Of a stretch of 64,000 nucleotides of DNA, positions 8,022 to 17,040 are shown piece after piece. Both the position numbers and the translations under genes were made by a program. Source of the stretch: Candidatus Nealsonbacteria bacterium (GTDB lineage: Bacteria > Patescibacteriota > Minisyncoccia > Minisyncoccales > PWPS01); contig PWEN01000027.1 in NCBI GenBank assembly GCA_003553505.1, forward strand, positions 3,705 through 67,704, read 5' to 3'. A model generated the notes under the pieces. The model was not told the origin of the DNA. It made no database searches and saw nothing but the letters and a program-made list of their open reading frames with translations. Positions within the stretch are counted from its first letter, which is position 1. Every line of letters begins with the position of its first letter.

Positions 8022-10046
8022 TTACGGTGTCCAGTAAAGACTCAACCTTTCTGTTCTCAGATCTTCCAGTAGATTTTTTGATAGCTCAAACTCTACTGCT
8101 TTGCGGTCACTTCCTTTCGCAAACCAACGAAAAGCGGTTACCTCTACTCTGTTCCTTTCGGCAACATTGTCAGATCTAAAACTTACTTCCACATTCTTTT
8201 TATCTCCGTTTAACACATAGTAGTACTTTCCATCAAGATCGAGAGGATCAGTCGTAGAGCGTGCATTACTTTCAAGGTTAGCAAAGCTTATCGGGAAGCC
8301 TCCAAGATCAACTGCCCCTTCTCCTTGAACTTCCACCGCTTCTCGATCATCAAAGTAGATATCTCCTCCTATCGCTCTTACACTGAACTCTATATCACCA
8401 GATGCTCTGTCATTAGATTCTTTACTTATCTCCACTCTTTCAATACTGCTGCTAACAAAAGATATCTCCGGAAAAACAACATAAAGGTGTTGTTCATATC
8501 CCAATATGTCTCTGTCTATACCTACACTTTTGTCGTTTACATTATATCCTACCTCTTTGTTGTCATCCTTTTCAACGACTGCCCTCAAGTAGAATCCTTG
8601 GTCTTCTACATCTGTATCCAACACTTCCACACTCAATACCAGTGTTTTTACTTCGTCCTTCTTTATGTTAAGTCCGATATTTCTAAAAGCAGTCTTTCCG
8701 GTAGAAGGATCTACTCTCGCAATATCCAAGCTCTCTCCCTTGTAGTAAAGAATAGCATCCTGCACTATATCTCCTAAAGATAAACTCGTATTGCCCTCCT
8801 CCACCACCACTGTTAAGGTCTCAAGGTCTATGCCAGCCTCCTTGGCGGTAACAGAAAGCCTTAAAAGCTCTACCTCTTTTATCGATCTGTCGCTTATCTC
8901 TACCACTCTCTCTCCGGGATTATCTTTGTCCCTTCTTACTTCCAACACTCCCACCTTACTTCCTATGAAAGTAAAAGTTCTCTTCGCAGAAGTATTTCCG
9001 GCATACTGTAAAATACCTGCCTCATCCACTCCTCTTATCGCTGTGCTACTTGCAGGGCCAACTTCCAGTCTTTTTGTCTCATCAATGCTCTTTCCTTTCA
9101 CTTTAAAGACAACATCTTCGTAGTCCCCCTTGGGGATATGTATATCTATGTTGCTAAAGCGTATATACCTGTCATTTCTCGCCGGATTGGATGTAGAAAG
9201 TCTTATCTCTTGCAACTTTTCATCTCCTACATAGAGATAAACACTGTCTATGTATCTCCTAAACTCCGTAGCTGTAACAGAGTATTCTCCATCATGATTA
9301 AAGTAAAGATCAAAGCGACGCACATTAATATCGGAGTCATCCGCTTTTAAGCGAAAAACAGCAACATCAGTTATCTGGTTTGCCGCCACCTCCGCATTAC
9401 GGACATCAGATCTAACTTCCACAGAGAGGTCTCCCTCCGGTCCCGACGGATCTTTTTCATCTTCTTCATTAGAAGATATCGCGTCTAATCTTGCCTTGAT
9501 CCTCTCTATCTCTTCTTTTATCTTTTCTAACATCTCTGTTATGGCAGGAGTAGTAACATTGCTCTCTTTTTCTATCAACAAAAGCGAATTCAGCTTTGCC
9601 CTTGTTTGTGCACCCACGAATCCAGTAGGAGAGTTTAGCCCCACAGGGCTTAATACATCAGAAGCATACTTGCTTTGAAACTTCATTACAGCACTTCTTG
9701 TGAGTTGACCAAAATACTCTGTTTCGTTTCCGGGAGAACCGGGCCCACTTTGCGCCACTCTTGTGTTAGGATCAGAATTGAGTAATATCTGCAAGTATTT
9801 TACACTTGTGCCGCTTGCACCAATACCAAAGTTATGATTGAAAGTAAATCCAGAAGGGATGCCTGCAATAGGAGTACCCGTAACAGACACTTCTTTTTCT
9901 TCAAATCTTCCTTGTATGCTTTCTATCATCGCTTCGATGTCCTCTATTCGATTCCGTATATCGTTCTCTTCTCCTTGTACCTGTGTTGCGCCCAGTGCGA
10001 CAAAACAGAGAAAAAGAGCCAATACGGTAAAAATTAATTTTTTCAT
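8022..10046 (-). CDS. Secreted surface protein with peptidoglycan-binding (PG_binding_1-like) domain
   Basis: Signal peptide MKKLIFTVLALFLCFVALGA, then a coiled coil, then GASGTSVKYLQILLN...GQLTRSAVMKFQSKY, then a long beta-rich region. 674 aa. Confidence 0.7.
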   Translation of the reverse strand: MKKLIFTVLALFLCFVALGATQVQGEENDIRNRIEDIEAMIESIQGRFEEKEVSVTGTPIAGIPSGFTFNHNFGIGASGTSVKYLQILLNSDPNTRVAQSGPGSPGNETEYFGQLTRSAVMKFQSKYASDVLSPVGLNSPTGFVGAQTRAKLNSLLLIEKESNVTTPAITEMLEKIKEEIERIKARLDAISSNEEDEKDPSGPEGDLSVEVRSDVRNAEVAANQITDVAVFRLKADDSDINVRRFDLYFNHDGEYSVTATEFRRYIDSVYLYVGDEKLQEIRLSTSNPARNDRYIRFSNIDIHIPKGDYEDVVFKVKGKSIDETKRLEVGPASSTAIRGVDEAGILQYAGNTSAKRTFTFIGSKVGVLEVRRDKDNPGERVVEISDRSIKEVELLRLSVTAKEAGIDLETLTVVVEEGNTSLSLGDIVQDAILYYKGESLDIARVDPSTGKTAFRNIGLNIKKDEVKTLVLSVEVLDTDVEDQGFYLRAVVEKDDNKEVGYNVNDKSVGIDRDILGYEQHLYVVFPEISFVSSSIERVEISKESNDRASGDIEFSVRAIGGDIYFDDREAVEVQGEGAVDLGGFPISFANLESNARSTTDPLDLDGKYYYVLNGDKKNVEVSFRSDNVAERNRVEVTAFRWFAKGSDRKAVEFELSKNLLEDLRTERLSLYWTP

Positions 10047-10186
10047 ACTTTTAAATAATTAATGACTCTTAATACTGTTTTGTCACTATCGATCATTCCT
10101 TTCGCACATTTGTGCTACCGAGAACAGTGACTTTTTGGCACATTAGTGCCTATAATAATGTAGACGTTTTTTTTGCTGTTTCATTA

Positions 10187-10215
10187 CAAAAAAACACCCT
10201 TTTTCTAGAGGGTGT
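10187..10215 (-). terminator. Rho-independent terminator after the pseudouridine synthase gene
   Basis: Stem acaccct (10194..10200) / agggtgt (10209..10215). On the minus strand it is followed by a U-run (A-run 10188..10193). It overlaps the stop codon. Confidence 0.6.
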
Positions 10216-10876
10216 TTTTGTCTTCTATGAAAGCCCACTTTTTCTCTCCTATGTCACCAAGTTTGTACTTATCTATTCTTACTCTTTTTAAGTCAAGCAC
10301 CGTACGCTTGAAAACCTCAAACATACGCCTTATCTGTCTTTTTTTTCCTTCTGTTAAAACAACTCTGTACGTTCTAAAGCCCACTCTCTCAACCTCTTTC
10401 ATTCTTGCTAAGCTCTTCTCTTTTATGTTCACTCCCTCCTTGAGTCTTTTTTTTATCCTCTTGTCTATGTCCTTGCTAAGCTTAACTATATACTCCTTCT
10501 CACACGAAAAAGAGGGATGTGTAAGACGATAAGCAAACTCTCCGTCATTTGTTAGTATCACAAGTCCGTGACTATCCTTATCAAGTCTCCCTACAACAAA
10601 AAGCCTTTCTTTTCTTTTTACAAGAGAAAAGATATTCTTCTTTTCGTCTTTCGTGCAAACATACCCCTTAGGTTTATTCAAGGCGATATACACATATCTC
10701 TCCGCAGGTCTTACATTCTCCCCGTCAAGAGAAACAACATCTCCCTCTCTAACACGTGTCCCTAGGGTTGCTTTTTTCCCGTTAATCTTCACTCTTCCTT
10801 CCCTTATTGCCTCTTCTGCTTTCCTTCTCGAGCAATATCCACTGTCTGCTATATGTTTTTGTAATGTTTTTTCCAT
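10205..10876 (-). CDS. Pseudouridine synthase, RsuA/RluB family
   Basis: S4 domain LQKHIADSGYCSRRKAEEAIREGRVKING. Catalytic GRLDKDSHGLVILTNDG. Confidence 0.85.
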   Translation of the reverse strand: MEKTLQKHIADSGYCSRRKAEEAIREGRVKINGKKATLGTRVREGDVVSLDGENVRPAERYVYIALNKPKGYVCTKDEKKNIFSLVKRKERLFVVGRLDKDSHGLVILTNDGEFAYRLTHPSFSCEKEYIVKLSKDIDKRIKKRLKEGVNIKEKSLARMKEVERVGFRTYRVVLTEGKKRQIRRMFEVFKRTVLDLKRVRIDKYKLGDIGEKKWAFIEDKNTL

Positions 10877-10903
10877 TGCACTTCCTATTCTGACACAGAA
10901 CCT

Positions 10904-12142
10904 TTAAATAAGATAGTTGTAAAGCATATCATCCTCCTTTACCTCCACATAATCCATTCCAAGCTCCTTCATGCGAGAAACAAGGGGATCGTAATCTTCT
11001 TTGCTTAAAAGCTCTATCCCCACAAGAGCGGGACCTGCGTCTTTGGAGTTCTTTTTCATGTATTCAAAGCGCACTATATCGTCTGTCGGCCCCAGCGCTT
11101 CGTTTACAAATTTTTTCAACTGTCCCGGTTTTTGAGTAAATTTTATAATAAAGTAGTGTTTTCTTCCTTGATAGATAAGGCTTTTCTCCATGATCTCAGG
11201 ATAGCGCATTATATCGTTGTTTCCTCCGCTCAAGACACAAACTACCGTTTTTCCTTTTATCTCTTCTTTTATGTTGTCCAACACAGAAATAGAGAGAGCT
11301 CCTGCCGGTTCAGCTATTATACCTTCACTCTGATAGAGCTCTATCATTGTGCTGCACACTTTTCCTTCCTCCACTACACATACATCATCCACGATCCGAG
11401 AAACAATACCAAATCCTGTTTCACCCACTTTTCTCACCGCTGCTCCGTCAACAAATGGATCAAGCGACTGCAGAGGAGAAACTTCTCCCTTTTCTAAGGA
11501 GTTACACATTCCCGCCGCTCCTTGAGGTTCTGCTCCTATTACTTTTACCCCTTCTTTGTTTGATTTAAGATATGATGCTACTCCGGATATAAGGCCACCT
11601 CCGCCAACAGGGCACAAGACGTAGTCAACATCACTACACTGCTCCAAGACCTCCTTCCCCACTGTTCCTTGTCCGGCAATAACAGTTTCATTGTCAAACG
11701 GGTGCACGAAAACCGACCCTGTCTTCTTGCAGAAGTCAGATGCCGCCTGAAAACTTTCATCGTAATTGGACCCGACAAGCGTTATGTTCGTTTTATCTCC
11801 TCCAAACCACTCCACTTTACCCACTTTCTGCTGCGGAGTGGTTACCGGCATGAATATGTGAGCCTTTACATTTAATAGCGATGCGCTAAGAGCAACTCCC
11901 TGAGCATGGTTCCCGGCACTCACACAAACTACACTCTTGCCGTTTAGGGAGCTATAAACGCTTTTTATGAAGTTGTAAGCTCCTCTTATTTTATAAGAAC
12001 GTACTTTCTGTAGATCCTCTCTCTTTATATAAACGTTTGCATCATAAAGAGAAGAAAGTCTCTCGGAAAACTGTAAAGGGGTTCTTTTGGCAACACCCTC
12101 TAGTCTTCTACTTGCCTCTTCTATTTTTTTATTTTCCAGCAT
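10904..12142 (-). CDS. ilvA: Threonine ammonia-lyase (threonine/serine dehydratase) with C-terminal regulatory domain
   Basis: YIKREDLQKVRSYKIRGAYN, SAGNHAQGVA, GGGGLISG. I place the start at the ATG at 12142 (MLENKK). The track's 37 extra codons are Arg/Cys-rich and overlap ridA. Confidence 0.85.
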   Translation of the reverse strand: MLENKKIEEASRRLEGVAKRTPLQFSERLSSLYDANVYIKREDLQKVRSYKIRGAYNFIKSVYSSLNGKSVVCVSAGNHAQGVALSASLLNVKAHIFMPVTTPQQKVGKVEWFGGDKTNITLVGSNYDESFQAASDFCKKTGSVFVHPFDNETVIAGQGTVGKEVLEQCSDVDYVLCPVGGGGLISGVASYLKSNKEGVKVIGAEPQGAAGMCNSLEKGEVSPLQSLDPFVDGAAVRKVGETGFGIVSRIVDDVCVVEEGKVCSTMIELYQSEGIIAEPAGALSISVLDNIKEEIKGKTVVCVLSGGNNDIMRYPEIMEKSLIYQGRKHYFIIKFTQKPGQLKKFVNEALGPTDDIVRFEYMKKNSKDAGPALVGIELLSKEDYDPLVSRMKELGMDYVEVKEDDMLYNYLI

Positions 12143-12503
12143 AAGCGATACAGGACACCTCCACTTTCGCGTCCTTCGGCAAGCTTTGCACTCCCACTGT
12201 CTGGCGCGCGGAGTTCTGAAAATACTTTTTATAAACTTCATTGACCTTTTCAAACTCTTTCATGTTCGTTAAAAAAAGCTCTACCCGTACAACGTCCTGA
12301 AACGAAAGATTAGCACTTGCAAGTATCTCTTGCATGTTCTCAATCGCCTGCTCTGTCTGTGCTTCCACGTTATCCCCCACAAGCTCACCTGTACTAGGAG
12401 AAAGACCTACCTGTCCGGAACAAAACAAAAACTCTCCTGCTTTTACCGCTTGAGAATAAGGTCCCGCAACAGGAACTTTGTTTGAAGATATCTCTTTTAT
12501 CAT
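12129..12503 (-). CDS. ridA: RidA/YjgF-family reactive-intermediate (enamine/imine) deaminase
   Basis: APYSQAVKAGEFLFCSGQVGL...VKVEVSCIA. An ATG at 12503 lies 9 nt after AAGGGAG; the track start at 12509 is TTG. Confidence 0.85.
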   Translation of the reverse strand: MIKEISSNKVPVAGPYSQAVKAGEFLFCSGQVGLSPSTGELVGDNVEAQTEQAIENMQEILASANLSFQDVVRVELFLTNMKEFEKVNEVYKKYFQNSARQTVGVQSLPKDAKVEVSCIAYAGK

Positions 12504-12661
12504 AAACAAAAACTCCCTTTTTAAGGGAGGATTACTTTACTTTATTACTTTAATATATCAAAGCAAAGACCCTCCCTTGGGGGAGATAATGATCATTTTA
12601 GAAATCATGTTCTTTGCTTTAAACATTAAGAAGATGATACCACACAATAAAAGAAAGTCAA
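12504..12661 (-). promoter_or_regulatory. Candidate promoter (TTGACT-16-TATCAT) plus a roughly 125-nt structured leader of ridA-ilvA
   Basis: -35 at 12661..12656 and -10 at 12639..12634. A 10-bp stem pairs 12560..12569 with 12611..12620. Inner hairpin CUCCC-CCAA-GGGAG. The hairpin CCUCCCUU-AAA-AAGGGAG (12513..12530) sequesters the SD and is followed by UUUUUGUUU. Confidence 0.45.
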
Positions 12662-12666
12662 TAAAT

Positions 12667-12694
12667 TAAAAGGAAGCGGCACTTAAGCCGCTTC
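12667..12694 (-). terminator. Rho-independent terminator after lysA
   Basis: Stem gaagcggc (12673..12680) / gccgcttc (12687..12694) with a U-rich tract downstream on the minus strand. Confidence 0.5.
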
Positions 12695-12700
12695 TTGCAG

Positions 12701-13882
12701 TCAGATCACATCATAGATGCTTTCTCTTTTTCTTATTAAAGAGAAGTAGTTTTTCTCCATCAGCACTTCCGCCGGTTTCGCTCTCAGGTTGTAGTGAGAA
12801 GACATGGAAAAGCCGTACGCACCTGCCATCCCTATGGCAAGAACATCACCTTCACGCACGCGAGATATTTTCCTTTCTTGCGCAAACCTGTCCCCGCTCT
12901 CGCAGATGTTGCCCACTATATCAACCTCCTCCTTCTTTCCTTTCGGGTTGGAGACATTTTCTATAGGATGATAAGAGCCGTACATCGCAGGACGTAGCAA
13001 GTGATTAAAGCCACTGTCAACTCCCGCAAAAACACGTCCATCAGGATTCCTCTTTACCGTGTTAACGGTAACAAGAAGCCATCCGGAGTCGGCAATCAGA
13101 TAACGACCGGGTTCGATCATCATGGTGACGGGTTTCCCATAATTATGAGAAAACTTTAAAAACTTATCCGACATCATCCTTCCCAGTCTCTTTACAGGCA
13201 ACTTTCTGTCTTCAGGATTGTAGGGCACTCCAAGCCCTCCTCCGAAGTTAACGAACTCAAGATCCGGAAAGCGATGTGCCTCTTTGAGCAAGACATCCAT
13301 GGCGAGAAGGAATTTGTCTGTCTCTAGTATCTGAGATCCGATATGTTGATGAATCCCTTTTATTCTCAGGCAGTTTCTTTTCGCTATTTCCAGTGCCTCA
13401 TCTAACTGAGAGTGCCAAATACCAAACTTGGATTCCGGCCCTCCGGTTATGCAGTGGCTGTGATGACCAGCGCCAACATCAGGATTGATCCTTATAGAAA
13501 CATCCTTCCCACAGTGTCTTGATCCGAATCTCTCCAGAGCAGAAAGGGAGTCAATATTTATCATCACCCCTTTTTCGGCAACAAAGTCCATCTCATCATC
13601 GGTAACATTGTTACCGGTGAAAAGAACAAAAAAATCATGACGCAAACCAAGCGCCACCTCTCCCGGAGAAACAGCGTCAACGCCCACACCCTCTTCTTTG
13701 AGTATCTTGAGAATCTCAGGATTGCTGTTTGCCTTCATCGCATAAAGAACTTTCGTTGGGAAGTACGGAATAGCATCCCTCAAAGTCCTTGCCTTCTCTC
13801 TTATCCTTCCTCCTTTATAAACGTAGGTTGGTGTTCCAAAAATTCTATTCACCTCTTTGAGTCTCTTTCTCAGTTCATTCAT
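12701..13882 (-). CDS. lysA: Diaminopimelate decarboxylase
   Basis: YAMKANSNPEIL (PLP Lys), GGGLGVPY, EPGRYLIADSG, CESGD. Start chosen at the ATG at 13882, 8 nt after AAGGAGGG. Confidence 0.85.
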   Translation of the reverse strand: MNELRKRLKEVNRIFGTPTYVYKGGRIREKARTLRDAIPYFPTKVLYAMKANSNPEILKILKEEGVGVDAVSPGEVALGLRHDFFVLFTGNNVTDDEMDFVAEKGVMINIDSLSALERFGSRHCGKDVSIRINPDVGAGHHSHCITGGPESKFGIWHSQLDEALEIAKRNCLRIKGIHQHIGSQILETDKFLLAMDVLLKEAHRFPDLEFVNFGGGLGVPYNPEDRKLPVKRLGRMMSDKFLKFSHNYGKPVTMMIEPGRYLIADSGWLLVTVNTVKRNPDGRVFAGVDSGFNHLLRPAMYGSYHPIENVSNPKGKKEEVDIVGNICESGDRFAQERKISRVREGDVLAIGMAGAYGFSMSSHYNLRAKPAEVLMEKNYFSLIRKRESIYDVI

Positions 13883-14001
13883 CTCTTCTCCCTCCTTCTT
13901 CTTATAATTTAAAGTGTGCTTCCCCCCTTCTATTAGAAATAGATTATACAATAAAAAAGAGTTAAAAACAATCCTTAATAAAAATAATAAACCCTAGGCG
14001 C

Positions 14002-15405
14002 CTAAACCCTAATTTTGTATCCTGCAGGTATAGGCTCTCGAGGGTCTCTTATAGCAGGATTTATCTTCTGTAATCTTTTCACATCAACACCGTTCTCTTT
14101 TGCTATGCCTCTAATAGTTGGTTCTTCTTTAGTGCCGGGAATGATTATTCTCTCTCCTCCCTGTAGGTTGTCAGGATCAATGTGGGAATTAGCCTCTAAT
14201 ATGTCATTAACAGTGACTCTAGAAAAATTAGAAGCCAAGCTGTAAATACTTTTGTCTTCTCTTTTAAAAATATGTTCCTTGACACCCCTTCCCTTGACCT
14301 CTTTTTTTTCAAAGAAAAGAAGGTCATCTTTGTCTTCTACAAATCCTTCCTCTATCAGCTCGTATATAGCATCAAATTTGTGGGGATAGTTTAAGTTTTC
14401 TACCATCCCTCTTATTTTTCTTTTAAAAAGCTCTCTTTTTTTCTCTCTTGGCACAGGGACAACTATCTCTTGTCCGACATAGATCTGATTTTCGTTCTCT
14501 ATGTTGTTTATCCTACACAACTCCTCTACTTGCATGTTAAATCTTTGCGCAATAGATGTCATGTTGTCTTCACTTCTTACTCTATATCTTTCATTTTCAC
14601 TACTTTGAACCTCATCTTTTATCTTGTTTATCCTCTTTTCTAAATAATCTAGAAAACCTTCATAAGAAATATCTTCCCTTCTGCTTCTTGCTTGCTTTAA
14701 GTAACGCCAGAAAAAACCTCCATTATACCCGGAAAGAGACAAGCTCCAATCACCACTTGCCTCATAAAGGTCGCTTAAAAGACTGGCACAGGCACGCGCG
14801 CTTTTTATGGGATCTCTTCTTTCTTCTATGTTGGGATGGTGATCTTTGAAGTAGCTCGTCTTTAAGCCATAAGATCTTGCCGTTTGAGGCATAAACTGAT
14901 AGGGCCCTACAGCCCCTGCAGGAGATACCGCATTTAAGCGCCAGTGAGACTCTGGTATGGATAGATAAGCATACTTCTCTTCTATTCCTTGCTTTCTAAA
15001 CTCTTCCATTAAGTAGTCTTCCCACTCCCCCATTTTTCTGTAGGCTTGCAGAAGGCTGTTTCTTAGTTCCGGGGATTCTTGATATCTCTTCTTCCAGTAA
15101 TTCTTTATCGCTTCCATTGTCTCCAAATCAAGCTTTATGTCCCCCTCTTTCTCGTAATCAAGCACCTCACATAGAGAAGATATGTCCTCTTCTTCTATCT
15201 CTTCCTGTTCTTCTGTGGGAGGATCAACAGAAGCTTCTTTTTTCTTTTCTTCTCCTTTTTCTTTCTCTTTTAATATCTCTAAAAGAGGGCTGCTCAAAGC
15301 AAGCCCTCCCAGTGTAAGTCCAAGTCCTTTAAGAAACTCTCTACGAGTTATCTTCTTTTCTCCTTCATCGTCCTTTTCTCTTTCAAAAGGATTAGGTTCT
15401 TGCAT
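14002..15405 (-). CDS. Secreted lytic transglycosylase (SLT domain) with LysM repeats
   Basis: Tat-like RREFLKGLGLTLGGLA. SLT core ESHWRLNAVSPAGAVGPYQFMPQTARSYGL. LysM-like YRVRSEDNMTSIAQRF...VGQEIVVP plus further C-terminal copies. Start placed at M31 (MQEPNPF). Confidence 0.75.
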   Translation of the reverse strand: MQEPNPFEREKDDEGEKKITRREFLKGLGLTLGGLALSSPLLEILKEKEKGEEKKKEASVDPPTEEQEEIEEEDISSLCEVLDYEKEGDIKLDLETMEAIKNYWKKRYQESPELRNSLLQAYRKMGEWEDYLMEEFRKQGIEEKYAYLSIPESHWRLNAVSPAGAVGPYQFMPQTARSYGLKTSYFKDHHPNIEERRDPIKSARACASLLSDLYEASGDWSLSLSGYNGGFFWRYLKQARSRREDISYEGFLDYLEKRINKIKDEVQSSENERYRVRSEDNMTSIAQRFNMQVEELCRINNIENENQIYVGQEIVVPVPREKKRELFKRKIRGMVENLNYPHKFDAIYELIEEGFVEDKDDLLFFEKKEVKGRGVKEHIFKREDKSIYSLASNFSRVTVNDILEANSHIDPDNLQGGERIIIPGTKEEPTIRGIAKENGVDVKRLQKINPAIRDPREPIPAGYKIRV

Positions 15406-15463
15406 AGGCAAAAATAATTTTACTACAATACGATGATGTTCTACTATAAAACAATCTACCAGC

Positions 15464-15784
15464 TTAAATTTTCTTCTTAAACCTATTTTTGTCACGACCG
15501 TGACTCTTTTCGTCCATCATTTTCTCCCACTCCTTCTCTAAATCTATGTCTTGAGAGTTGGCCATACAGGTCACCGTAAAAATGATATCTATAAGCTCCT
15601 GTCCCAAATTGCTCTCTTTTTCGTCTCCTCTCTTCTTTTTTGTGCCGAAAAGATGATTAACTTCACGAGCAACTTCGCCTGTTTCTTCAGACAACCTTGC
15701 CGTTATTTCGTGTGGAGGCCAGTATTGAGGATCAAACTGCTTTGTCCAGTTATGAACATCTTTTTGTATATCTTTTAATGACAT
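15464..15784 (-). CDS. MazG-like nucleotide pyrophosphohydrolase
   Basis: LSEETGEVAREVNHLFG...LGQELIDIIFTVTCMAN, the EExxE/ExxD four-helix MazG pattern. 106 aa. Confidence 0.75.
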   Translation of the reverse strand: MSLKDIQKDVHNWTKQFDPQYWPPHEITARLSEETGEVAREVNHLFGTKKKRGDEKESNLGQELIDIIFTVTCMANSQDIDLEKEWEKMMDEKSHGRDKNRFKKKI

Positions 15785-15804
15785 ATGTTTTATAAATTAT
15801 TTTA

Positions 15805-16362
15805 TTATTTTAAAAGCAACATCGCGGCTTCAAATTTTGATTTGATCATTTCTTTGGATTTTTCAAAATGAAGCCGATTCCATTTTTGCTCCAGCTTTTT
15901 TCTTGCAGAGTCCTTTGCTTCACCTTGATCTTTGTCTTCATACACAAAAGCAGCCTTAAATATTCCCGCGATATTGTCAAAGTTACTCATAGCATCAGCT
16001 TCAGCAACTATTTGCTCTTCAATACTGTCTCTGCCGTTTTCCTGAGAACTTCTATGGTTTAAGATACACTTTTTAACTAACTCAATTCTTTCTTCGGGAT
16101 ACTGAAACTCTTTTAGTTTTTCTTCTGCGATTCTTGCTCCAGTTATATGATGATCTTCACGACCATGAACTATTGATCCAATATCATGCAACCAGCAAGC
16201 AATTAAAATTATCTCCTTGTCCCCGCCCAACTCATCGGCAAGTTTTTCTGCGTAACTAGCCATTGGGACAAAGTGAAAAGGAAAAGGTTCATAGCCATAT
16301 CTGCTGCTCGGTTTTCTGCACTCTTTCTCAACAAAGTCTTTTATCTCATTAATTATATCCAT
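15805..16362 (-). CDS. HD-domain phosphohydrolase
   Basis: H...HDIG (ACWLHDIGSIV) ... D pattern. 185 aa. Confidence 0.75.
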   Translation of the reverse strand: MDIINEIKDFVEKECRKPSSRYGYEPFPFHFVPMASYAEKLADELGGDKEIILIACWLHDIGSIVHGREDHHITGARIAEEKLKEFQYPEERIELVKKCILNHRSSQENGRDSIEEQIVAEADAMSNFDNIAGIFKAAFVYEDKDQGEAKDSARKKLEQKWNRLHFEKSKEMIKSKFEAAMLLLK

Positions 16363-16534
16363 AAGAAAGTTAAAAAATTCAATCTATATAATAGTATCAC
16401 AATAATAAATTAACTAAAATTATTATCTTTTTGATTTAAAAAGAAGACATTTACTTATCCCGCTTTTTGTGTCATAATTGGAAAAGTGGAGGGATTTTTT
16501 ATAGCACATTTTTAGAATTAAAAGGAGTGAGAAA

Positions 16535-16966
16535 ATGAAGAGAGAAGGTCACAACTTGAACACTTTAACAGAAAATGCAAGAAAGAATGCTGCGGCATGT
16601 GAAACCTCAGAGGAAGCAAGGGAGTTGCATAAAAACGCCCCCACCGAAAGTATTGAAGAAAAAATATATCACAGAAGATTTGAGAGTCTTGTCAACGCAG
16701 AAGCGCCAAAGAAAGCGGCAGAGTGCAAAAGTTCAGATGAGGCAAAGGAGTTGTGTAAAGGTGTTCCTATCGGAAGTTCTGCAAGAAAAATATATGAAAA
16801 AAGATGGAAAGAGCTTTCCGATATAGAGGCTCCAAAGAAAGCGGCAGAGTGCAAAAGCTCAGATGAGGCAAAGGAGTTGTGTAAAAACGCTCCTGCTGAG
16901 TGTATCGCTGAGAAAATATACATAAAAAGGTGGAGAGAGCTCTCCGAAAAGGAAGAAAAAGTCTAG
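16535..16966 (+). CDS. Cytoplasmic repeat protein (3 x 42 aa), unknown function
   Basis: Good SD (AAAAGGAGTGAGAAA-ATG). The repeat unit is APKKAAECKSSDEAKELCK-x12-IYxKRWxELS. Confidence 0.6.
   Translation: MKREGHNLNTLTENARKNAAACETSEEARELHKNAPTESIEEKIYHRRFESLVNAEAPKKAAECKSSDEAKELCKGVPIGSSARKIYEKRWKELSDIEAPKKAAECKSSDEAKELCKNAPAECIAEKIYIKRWRELSEKEEKV
16577..16954 (+). repeat. 126-nt coding tandem repeat x3
   Basis: Units at 16577..16702, 16703..16828 and 16829..16954. Units 2 and 3 match at 55 of their first 57 nt and then diverge strongly. Confidence 0.85.
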
Positions 16967-16990
16967 CACTCCTTCAACAAAATCACAAAA

Positions 16991-17020
16991 GCGGGCAAAA
17001 CAATCATGTGCCCGCTTTTT
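16991..17020 (+). terminator. Bidirectional rho-independent terminator between convergent genes
   Basis: Stem gcgggca (16991..16997) / tgcccgc (17009..17015), T-run 17016..17020, and an A-run upstream. Confidence 0.6.
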
Positions 17021-17040
17021 CATACACGCCTGTTATAATT

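Noticed and set aside
10126-10156. Plus-strand promoter-like GTGACT-19-TATAAT in the 10047..10204 spacer.
   Set aside because: The spacer length is poor, and it would only drive antisense transcription into the pseudouridine synthase gene. There is no plus-strand gene downstream.
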